A DNA stretch of 64,000 nt from Candidatus Melainabacteria bacterium 17Bon1m (GTDB lineage: Bacteria > Cyanobacteriota > Vampirovibrionia > Obscuribacterales > Obscuribacteraceae). Position numbers and translations under genes: made by a program. Positions within the stretch are counted from its first letter, which is position 1, and every line of letters starts with the position of its first letter. A model generated the notes under the pieces. That model was not told the DNA's origin. It worked only from the letters and a program-made list of their open reading frames with translations, and did not search any database. The stretch covers positions 672,001 through 736,000 of the forward strand of contig JAVLKG010000001.1 of assembly GCA_032128875.1 (NCBI GenBank), in the 5' to 3' direction. Positions 1 through 7,519 of the stretch are shown in pieces.

Positions 1-5
1 AGAGT

Positions 6-416
6 TTGAAAATGAAGGCGGTTGTAGAACAATCTTTCTTGGATGAAAAAGCGTTAGCTCTGGCAAGCAAGGCCGATACGTTCTTCATCGGGACATATGC
101 CTCCGCAGGCGGTGCCGACGCATCTCACCGAGGAGGAGAGCCAGGCTTTGTGAAAGCTGACGCTAAAACAGTCAGTTGGAAAGATTTCCCCGGCAACAAT
201 ATGTTCAATACCTTCGGAAATGTTCATTCCAACAAAGAGACTGCTCTGCTGTTTTTGGATTTTGAAACACGCGAAGGCCTCGCCTTGACTGGCACGATTG
301 AGAGCTTTTCTGTGAGCGAACACGGGAGGTCTGCGAAAGAGGACACTGTGTTCAAAGTGAAAAGCGCGAAGCATTTACCTCGCGCTCTTGCACATTCTTG
401 GGAAGACGAAGACTAA
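6..416 (+). CDS. Pyridoxamine 5'-phosphate oxidase-like FMN-binding protein, C-terminal part (5' end probably outside the window)
   Basis: Motifs ADTFFIGT, GADASHRGGEPGFV, DFPGNNMFNTFGNV and LLFLDFE are typical of the family; the frame is open to the window edge. Confidence 0.8.
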   Translation: MKMKAVVEQSFLDEKALALASKADTFFIGTYASAGGADASHRGGEPGFVKADAKTVSWKDFPGNNMFNTFGNVHSNKETALLFLDFETREGLALTGTIESFSVSEHGRSAKEDTVFKVKSAKHLPRALAHSWEDED

Positions 417-430
417 GCGACGTTCTCTAA

Positions 431-1639
431 CTAGAAAAGATCGAATATGTCACTTGGTTTTGGCAGACTGTCCAGTAGTCTGCCAGGATTGAGGATGTCT
501 GACGGACTAGGCGGCTTCGGCAGACCGTTTAGGAGATCGCCAGGGCTAGGCGGCATCGGTAAGCCATCGAAGATTTGACCAGGGCTAGGAAGCGCCGGCA
601 GCCCCGGAAGCAAATCTCCAGGATTTGGCAGGCCGTCAATGATATCGCCCGGAAATCCTGGAATTCCGGGAAGCCCAGGAATTCCGGGAAGCCCTGGAAT
701 TCTTGGTGTTCCATCTTCCGGATTTTCTGGATATTGCTCTTCTTCGTTTTCATTGCCTTGTCCAAGTTGGCGCATCAGCAGTGCCATATGACGGCTCATG
801 CGTGCAAGAATTTGCTGCACGGTTTTTTCATCGCCGCTGGCAATCGCTTGAGAGAGTTCTTGCAGATCGTTTTGCAGCAACACCATCGAGTCATTCGGCG
901 TGTAACCTTCACTACCTAAATCTAAATAATTTTCTCCAGCGTCTCCTCTTTCTTCTGCCCCTTGCTCAGAGCCGTGCCCTTCATTGTGTTCTGAAGTTTC
1001 TTCTCCACCGTGTTCAGAACTCTCAGAGCCGTGCTCGGTTTCTTCAGGTGGGCAATGTTTTTCAGAGCAATCTTCTTTTCCGCTGTCGCTACTACCTTGT
1101 TCGTCCCGTTCATTATTGTGATGTTGCTCGCCATCGAGGTGCCCGTGGTCGCTTTCACCTTCGCTTTCAGCTTTATCCGAATCTGAAAATAGACCTCGTG
1201 CAAAAGCTGTAAGGTCTCTACGCATCTCGCCGAGCCAATCTTTGGCTTCTGATTTATCGCCTTCTTGCAACGATTGTTGCGCGTTGAACATGTCACCGTA
1301 AACTTCAACAAGGCGACCTGCATCTTCTCTATCGAAATCAAAATCGTTGCCTTTGTCGTTTTCATCATCAAACGATGCAAAACGTCTGGCGATATCCATT
1401 GCCCCTTGTTGTTCGAAATTGAAACCCTTATCCGAGCTGCTGTTGCTGCTAATGCGCGAGTAAATATCTGTGGGCCCGAAATCGAGTTGATCGCTATTAT
1501 TTTTGTTGCTTTCTCCACCGCGTGTGGTGGCACTCAAGTCTGAGTACAGACTTTTTAGATCGAACTGCGGAGCATCTGAGGTTTTTGCCTCATTGACGGC
1601 GCTGTCTCCACGGTCGGGGGTGTTAAAAACTGCGCTCAT
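431..1639 (-). CDS. Hypothetical acidic low-complexity protein with Pro-Gly-Leu C-terminal repeats
   Basis: Long ORF; ATG at 1639 preceded by AAGGAGAG RBS; Glu/His-rich middle; C-terminal PG(L/I/F) triplets and G(D/Q)(L/I)xxGLPxPPSP repeats. Confidence 0.75.
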   Translation of the reverse strand: MSAVFNTPDRGDSAVNEAKTSDAPQFDLKSLYSDLSATTRGGESNKNNSDQLDFGPTDIYSRISSNSSSDKGFNFEQQGAMDIARRFASFDDENDKGNDFDFDREDAGRLVEVYGDMFNAQQSLQEGDKSEAKDWLGEMRRDLTAFARGLFSDSDKAESEGESDHGHLDGEQHHNNERDEQGSSDSGKEDCSEKHCPPEETEHGSESSEHGGEETSEHNEGHGSEQGAEERGDAGENYLDLGSEGYTPNDSMVLLQNDLQELSQAIASGDEKTVQQILARMSRHMALLMRQLGQGNENEEEQYPENPEDGTPRIPGLPGIPGLPGIPGFPGDIIDGLPNPGDLLPGLPALPSPGQIFDGLPMPPSPGDLLNGLPKPPSPSDILNPGRLLDSLPKPSDIFDLF

Positions 1640-1915
1640 GTACTCTCCTTTGCTCGGTGGAGCCGGAAGATGGGCGGACGACGTAGTAAGGGGCGATTGC
1701 GATAAGTTCGCCCAATTTATGCAGTTGAGCAGGCAAACGTGTGGCACGAATATTAATTCGCCGCGAAAGCCTCAACTAATTAGCCGATTCGGCTGCGCCA
1801 AAATGCAAAAAGCTTCTTTCTTCGCCATTTAAGCCTTTTGTCAAGATGATTCTTGTCCTCAAGGCATGCTATAGGTGGAATACTAAATAGAGAGCTATAA
1901 AAAGACGGATTTGTA

Positions 1916-3898
1916 ATGCTCAGCAGTTGGTCGAGCGAAAAGAAGATTGTCAGCGGCTTTGGGGTTGCCCTCATCGCTGTTGCTTTGGCGCTCTTCAGTC
2001 CCTACCTCGTGCATCCGGGTGCGCGGGAAATCAAGCAGTGGGTCGAGCAACGACAAAAGGTTTTCGATAATCTGCAAAGTGTTTTAACAGATTTCCGTGA
2101 AGCTCAGTTGTATCACCGCGACTTCGTATTGTCTGGCGATGCGAGGCATGCTGATGACTTCAATGAAGCAGTTGCGCGCGTAAATGAGCGACTCTTTTCT
2201 TTGAGAACACTAGACGACGATACTAAGACCGCTGAGCAGTTTAGACGTCTGGAGAATGAGTTGGAAAGCTCGATTACTTCCTTGCGCACAGCAATGAATT
2301 CACGCAAAGAAAAATCGATTACCCCGAAGCGCGTAATGGAAATGTCCGACAATGCACTTGTTCAATCAAATGCGGCAGCTGCTTCGATAGAGCGTCTCGA
2401 GAACGATCAGATAAAGCTGTTAGAGGAGCGCATCTCGCAATATAGTTCTTTGCCGAACTACCAGGTGTTGGTCGGTTTTTTGCTCATTACCTTCCTGGGT
2501 TTGCTGGGATTGGGTACGTTTTTGATGTCCAAGAACTGGCAAAATTCAGTTGAGTCTTTGAAAGAACGCAATCAGCTTCTGGAAGATCAATTGAGTTCTG
2601 CCCAGGCACACTTAGACAAGCTTGCTAATAAAGACTTGCTCACCGAAGTTTTGAACGTCAGAGGTTTGGAACAGTCGCTAATCGCGGAACAGAACCGCGC
2701 TGGGCGTGCAGGCGCACAGCTTGTCGGCATGTTGCTCAACATCGACAATTTCCGCAGAGTCAATGAAGGACTCGGACATGCTGTTGGTGATGTGATTTTA
2801 AAGGAACTCTCTCGGCGCATCGGCAATACGCTGCGCCCTTCCGATCATATTGGTCGAATTGGACGAGATGAATTTCTCGTTCTTCTGCCGGACACGCAAC
2901 TTGCATATGCAATGAAAGTAGCTGAAAGAATCAGGCTTTCTGTATCAGACAGTCCACTCCGCAATGCTTCCGATCTCATACACCTCACGATCAGCGCTGG
3001 AGTTGCAACGTTGCCTCAGAAAGTGTCCTCTCTGGAAGAAGTGCTTACCCTCACTCGCTCGGCGCTCAAGCGGAGCAAGCTGTCCGGCAAGAACAAAGTT
3101 TCGGTTGCGCGTGATGGAGCGTCGGAGGACGAAAGTCCTGTGGCCCGCGACATTGTTGATGTACTGTGCGATTCGAGTGCATTTCGAACAGTCTTTCAAC
3201 CCATTATTGATTTATCAACAGAGCAAGTTTCGGGTTACGAAATTCTTTCACGTGGACCAGATGGTGCATTTGAAAGTCCCGCCGATTTCTTTAGAGTCTG
3301 CGTTGAAAACAATATTCTCACTACCGTGGATCTCTCCTGCGTTAAGCTGTGCATCAACGCAACGAACGGTGTGAAGCAGAACATGCGCTTTCACCTGAAT
3401 ATCTTTCCTTCAACTTTGTTAGATACTCCGATTGAACAGTTGCTTTCATTGTTTCCCTCACAGCAAGATGGGCGTGTTTTTTGCGTTGAAATCAGCGAGC
3501 AGCAGTTTGTCGGAGACCCTGCTTACATGCGCGATCACGTCAATGCATTAAAGCAAGCCGGAATTCTTGTTGCTATTGATGATGTCGGCTTCGGAAGAAG
3601 CTCTCTGGAAAGTCTGATACTTCTTGAGCCGGATTTGGTCAAAGTCGACCGCAAATATGTGACTGGGGTTTCTGTTGAGCCATCGAAAGCGCGCTTGATG
3701 AAACGGTTGGCAAACGTCGCTAAATCACTTGGTGCAGAGATTGTGGCAGAGGGCATCGAAAACAGCGATGACATTCCGGTGCTAAAAGAGATCGGCGTGC
3801 ACTATGGTCAAGGTTGGCTCTTTGGAGAACTCTTGGAAGTCCTTCCGGGGGCTCCAGCAGGACGCAGAGCTGGCGATCAGGTGGGGGATTCCGTGTGA
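1916..3898 (+). CDS. Membrane sensor (CHASE3-like) - GGDEF(degenerate) - EAL c-di-GMP signalling protein
   Basis: Two TM segments flank a helical periplasmic domain; DLLTEVLN, NIDNFRRVNEGLGHAVGD, RIGRDEF; EAL motifs FQPI, YEILSR, DDVGFG, KVDR, AEGIE, QGWLF. Confidence 0.92.
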   Translation: MLSSWSSEKKIVSGFGVALIAVALALFSPYLVHPGAREIKQWVEQRQKVFDNLQSVLTDFREAQLYHRDFVLSGDARHADDFNEAVARVNERLFSLRTLDDDTKTAEQFRRLENELESSITSLRTAMNSRKEKSITPKRVMEMSDNALVQSNAAAASIERLENDQIKLLEERISQYSSLPNYQVLVGFLLITFLGLLGLGTFLMSKNWQNSVESLKERNQLLEDQLSSAQAHLDKLANKDLLTEVLNVRGLEQSLIAEQNRAGRAGAQLVGMLLNIDNFRRVNEGLGHAVGDVILKELSRRIGNTLRPSDHIGRIGRDEFLVLLPDTQLAYAMKVAERIRLSVSDSPLRNASDLIHLTISAGVATLPQKVSSLEEVLTLTRSALKRSKLSGKNKVSVARDGASEDESPVARDIVDVLCDSSAFRTVFQPIIDLSTEQVSGYEILSRGPDGAFESPADFFRVCVENNILTTVDLSCVKLCINATNGVKQNMRFHLNIFPSTLLDTPIEQLLSLFPSQQDGRVFCVEISEQQFVGDPAYMRDHVNALKQAGILVAIDDVGFGRSSLESLILLEPDLVKVDRKYVTGVSVEPSKARLMKRLANVAKSLGAEIVAEGIENSDDIPVLKEIGVHYGQGWLFGELLEVLPGAPAGRRAGDQVGDSV

Positions 3899-4764
3899 CC
3901 CAGGAAATCGTTCCGATTGGCCCGACAGAAGAAAAGTTTGCTGTCGATGATGTAATCAACACTGGTTGGCAGATTACACTGAGCCGCTTTTGGCCACTCG
4001 CTTGCATCTTGGGTGTGAATGGTTTGGTTGCGGCACTGGTGCCACTAGCGAGCTTCGTCATGGGATACAACGGGTCCATGACAATCAGCAACATATCACT
4101 TCAATTGTTCATGCATTTTCTCAGCGCAATAATTATGCTCACTGTTGAAATCGGCATGATGAATGTCTTTCTTATGTCGCTTGACGGCAAGAAAGTGAAC
4201 GCAGATGACTGCTTCAAATGCATCAAGTATCTGCCCTCATATTTTGCTTTTGTATTTTTGTCAAGAATCCTGATTGTTCTGGGATATGTGAGTTTCATAA
4301 TTCCTGGAATCATTCTCCAAATTTCATTTCAGTTCGCCGGTTATTTCATCGTCGAGAAAAAGATGGGACCCATTGCCGCTATGAAGGCGAGTTGGGCTAT
4401 TTGCGACGGTGCCCGCTGGCAGCTCATTCTGCTTGGGGTCATAAGCTATTTCATAAACGTTGTCGGATTTTTGTGCTTTATCGTCGGCGGAATTCCTGCG
4501 TATTTGATTAACGGCATTGCTAACGCAGCCACGTATCGGACACTATTGGAGAAGACACCGCAGTATGCAAATCTTGTCCCTGCTCCGGCACTGAGTGAGT
4601 CTCAGGTTGCACAGCTTTTAGACCAAGACTCGCAGGCGCAGTACGAACAATTAGCGCAAGCGCCGTTTGAACAAGCAGCGCAAGTGCCGTTAGAACAAGA
4701 CTCGCAGGCACAGTCAGAGCAGAACCCTCAAGTACACACAGAAAAACCGCCTGAAGCGTCGTAG
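3895..4764 (+). CDS. Integral membrane protein (DUF975/YciC-like) with Gln-rich C-terminal repeats
   Basis: GTGA overlap with the upstream stop; several hydrophobic segments; IIPGII and MGPIAAMKASW motifs. Confidence 0.7.
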   Translation: MTQEIVPIGPTEEKFAVDDVINTGWQITLSRFWPLACILGVNGLVAALVPLASFVMGYNGSMTISNISLQLFMHFLSAIIMLTVEIGMMNVFLMSLDGKKVNADDCFKCIKYLPSYFAFVFLSRILIVLGYVSFIIPGIILQISFQFAGYFIVEKKMGPIAAMKASWAICDGARWQLILLGVISYFINVVGFLCFIVGGIPAYLINGIANAATYRTLLEKTPQYANLVPAPALSESQVAQLLDQDSQAQYEQLAQAPFEQAAQVPLEQDSQAQSEQNPQVHTEKPPEAS

Positions 4765-4875
4765 GGAAGTTTGTTTGGAGCACGCGTAAGGTAGTTAGCG
4801 GTAGCTCTGGTTTCCACTACGCATCGTTCCAAAGCGGGTATACTGCTGCCTGGTTGACCTTTTTGAGGTAGGTAG

Positions 4876-5667
4876 ATGGCGGTGCGAAACTCGACCCTGG
4901 CACTTTTGGCTTTAGTTGCTACATTAATGCCGCCTTGCTATGCGGATACTGCGGGGGCTACAGGCGCTACTTCGATTACCGCAACGCAGATCGACGATAT
5001 ACCAGCGCCTCCGCCAGCCACCACTCCAGCGGAAACGCAGCCAGCAACCCCGGCAAGCAAGCCGCCCGACAGCAACAAAAAAACTTCCACAACCTTAAAT
5101 CCGCCTTCGTCAGCAGCTTCCTTGCAAGGTAATGTCCAGGGAGGTGCGCCCGTTGTTCTGCAAGGTCTACATGATGTGGGTATGACCGTCCATCATCTGC
5201 AGGAAATGTTGAAAGGACTGCTGTTCGAAGCGCAACGCCAGGACATGGTGGTCGTTGCCGAGCCAAACGTAATCGGACCTATGGTCATCCCTGCCATTCC
5301 CAATCCATCGGGAATGATGTCGATCGGCTATTTGCCGCCGCGAAAGAAATGGATTGATTACTTCATGTCGCAGATAGAAGAAATTATTCCGATGCTTGAT
5401 CATGAAATCAATTCATTGCCGCGACCAGATCAAAATGATACGGCTTTGTTGCAAGCGTATACTGAAATGTTCGATGCTGCGCGCGGTTTTAACCCTCCTT
5501 GGGCTGAATTGGAAACAGCAACTAAAGGTCCAGAGTACAAAAATAAAGATATATCGTTTGCAGGTTCTGATTTGTGGTTCCAAATCGAGAAGTTCAAAAA
5601 GCTGAAGGACAAGCTTTTTAAGATGGTCAAGGAAGAGGCAAAGCAGAAAAAGAAAAAAGAGAGTTAG
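4876..5667 (+). CDS. Hypothetical exported protein
   Basis: GAGG RBS; signal peptide (TLALLALVATLMPPCYA); Pro/Thr linker followed by a helical domain. Confidence 0.75.
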   Translation: MAVRNSTLALLALVATLMPPCYADTAGATGATSITATQIDDIPAPPPATTPAETQPATPASKPPDSNKKTSTTLNPPSSAASLQGNVQGGAPVVLQGLHDVGMTVHHLQEMLKGLLFEAQRQDMVVVAEPNVIGPMVIPAIPNPSGMMSIGYLPPRKKWIDYFMSQIEEIIPMLDHEINSLPRPDQNDTALLQAYTEMFDAARGFNPPWAELETATKGPEYKNKDISFAGSDLWFQIEKFKKLKDKLFKMVKEEAKQKKKKES

Positions 5668-5670
5668 GGA

Positions 5671-6360
5671 ATGGCAGATGTATCGAAGAGAACGCTAGAA
5701 CTGCAGGTGGTGCCACTACTGTTGGTTTCAATTGTTTTTTCTTTTGGCTTTCCATCAGCTGCTGCCCCGGCGACTAAGCAGTCTGAAACTAAGCAACCAG
5801 CGACTAAGCCGCCAGTGACCAAGCAGCCAGCGACCAAGCTTGAAACTAAGCTGCCAGCGACCAAGCAAACCGCAGCGAAAGACGAAAGTGATCAATCGGA
5901 AGATGAACTTGCTTCTGAACAATTAAGGAAAGGCAGACATCACGGTCGTCACAAGGGAGGCGGCGCTCACCGCAGACGTGATGGCGTTCCGAGCTTTCGA
6001 AGCGTCAAACAACTTGATTCACTGACACCAGTTCAGTCTGGAAAGATAAATCGAATTTTGAAAGAGTATCGAGAGGTAATGGCACCACTTGCAGGCAAAT
6101 ATAGAGCTTATAGGAAGGCGGAAGAAGGTTCCGGCAGTGAGAGCACGCCGGATGCCGGTCGCGCTATGAGTATGAAAGACATGCGCGAGCAAATTCATAT
6201 TTTGCGAAGTCAAACCTGGGTCAAGATACAAAAGATCTTGACGCCGAGCCAGAAGGCGGAGCTTCAGAATCAACCGCGCGGTGATCGCGGTCCGCATCTT
6301 CACCATAATCCTAATGCACTACCGTCTGAGCATGACTCTGGACGGTCATTCAGCAAATAG
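5671..6360 (+). CDS. Exported Spy/CpxP-like (LTXXQ) protein
   Basis: Signal peptide, KQPAT repeats, two LTXXQ motifs (LTPVQ, ILTPSQ) separated by helices. Confidence 0.6.
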   Translation: MADVSKRTLELQVVPLLLVSIVFSFGFPSAAAPATKQSETKQPATKPPVTKQPATKLETKLPATKQTAAKDESDQSEDELASEQLRKGRHHGRHKGGGAHRRRDGVPSFRSVKQLDSLTPVQSGKINRILKEYREVMAPLAGKYRAYRKAEEGSGSESTPDAGRAMSMKDMREQIHILRSQTWVKIQKILTPSQKAELQNQPRGDRGPHLHHNPNALPSEHDSGRSFSK

Positions 6361-6484
6361 AGCAGTTAGTCTTTCGACGTTTTGATTCTTCGTTCGTAAG
6401 CCGCTGGCTGTAAGCTATTTGCTTATTAGACCTTCATTCTTCTTCGGCTGTCATTTGAGCCGTAGCGCTGCCACCACCAGATGA

Positions 6485-7246
6485 TTACTTCAGTGGTATA
6501 GCCTGGGCTTCTGGACCGACATTGATTATCAATGTGCTGCCTGTGTTTTCGCTCATTGTCTGAAGTGCTCTCAACTGCAATAGCATAGGATTGGTTTCTA
6601 GCATTTTTGCTGCATTGGCTAGGCTGCGCAAAGCCGCTGTTTCACCGCGCGCTCTTTCAAGGGCCGCCTGCCCTTCCTTTTGTGCTTTGACAATTTGTCC
6701 GAAGATCTTCTTGAAGTCGCCTGCAAACATTATGTCTTTTACATTGGCAGACGAGAGCTCTAGTCCCATGTCAGCCGCTTTTGGCTTGCAGACCTCCATG
6801 AGTTTTTCACCAATCTGGTTGCGTTTTTCCAGAAGCTCTTCAATTTTCATCGTTCCGACAATTTCTCTCAGCTCAAGTTGCAGCACCAGATATAGTGCGG
6901 TGTAATAGCTGTCAACCTTGATTGTTGCGAGCTTTGGATCGACTACTTTGTAGTTGGCGGCGACAGAAAGCTTGAGTCCAACATTGTCGAGACTCAATAA
7001 TTCTTGCCCGGCGATGGTCAAAGACTTTTCCCGCATATCTACTCTGGAGACAGTATGAATTTGTGGGCAAATCCAGTGCGCGCCTGGTTGTAGAATTTTT
7101 TCCAGCTTGCCGTCGGTGTAAAGCAAACCTTGTTCGAATTCCCAAATGGTAAATTTCTTCACGAATTTTTCGAAGAGCTTTGCGAGGAGAAGTAAGCCGA
7201 CGGATGCCAGCACTACGATAAGCAGGACTTCTGGAGCATGTTTCAT
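6485..7246 (-). CDS. SPFH/band-7 (slipin) family protein
   Basis: ATG at 7246 with GGAGGA RBS; N-terminal TM; PGAHW, VDMRE, QELLSLDNV, LERARGETAALRSLANAAKM, NPMLLQLRALQT. Confidence 0.92.
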   Translation of the reverse strand: MKHAPEVLLIVVLASVGLLLLAKLFEKFVKKFTIWEFEQGLLYTDGKLEKILQPGAHWICPQIHTVSRVDMREKSLTIAGQELLSLDNVGLKLSVAANYKVVDPKLATIKVDSYYTALYLVLQLELREIVGTMKIEELLEKRNQIGEKLMEVCKPKAADMGLELSSANVKDIMFAGDFKKIFGQIVKAQKEGQAALERARGETAALRSLANAAKMLETNPMLLQLRALQTMSENTGSTLIINVGPEAQAIPLK

Positions 7247-7261
7247 TGAATCCTCCTTATA

Positions 7262-7453
7262 ATGCCTCATCTCAAAGGGCACACAGTCTGAGCGGAGGTT
7301 TTAACCTGCATGGCTCATCCCGTGTTGCCTTTCGGCTACCCTTTAAGATGAAAGCTGGTGGGAGTTGAACCCGTTACGATTGACAGTCGTACCATCGGAT
7401 GCCAATACGCAGAACGAAGGTGTAATTGCACCTCGCTGCTTGCCTCTCCGATA
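7262..7453 (-). ncRNA. Putative tRNA-like structured RNA in the leader of the SPFH gene (band-7-associated type)
   Basis: Minus strand: anticodon-like arm TACGA-CTGTCAA-TCGTA (7391-7375); T-arm GGG-TTCAACT-CCC (7372-7360); 14-bp stem CATCTTAAAGGGTA/TGCCCTTTGAGATG; GCC-GAAA-GGC hairpin; further nested stems. Confidence 0.75.
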
Positions 7454-7459
7454 TGGGCG

Positions 7460-7486
7460 ATTATGGCACATTGTTTAAATCTGTGC
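7460..7486 (-). promoter_or_regulatory. Extended -10 promoter (TG-C-CATAAT) overlapped by a GCACA-N11-TGTGC inverted repeat
   Basis: Minus strand TGCCATAAT at 7468-7460, about 7 nt before the first RNA stem; palindrome at 7466-7486. Confidence 0.5.
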
Positions 7487-7519
7487 TCGAAGATTAATTG
7501 CCAAGGATCTGATTGAAAA

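Noticed and set aside
7354-7410. Canonical tRNA-Asp gene
   Set aside because: Anticodon and T arms are present, but there is no 7-bp acceptor stem, no D-arm and the T-stem is only 3 bp; reported as a tRNA-like RNA instead
7490-7506. Sigma-54 promoter (TTGGCA) for the SPFH unit, as in rtc operons
   Set aside because: The -12 position reads TC instead of GC at the required spacing
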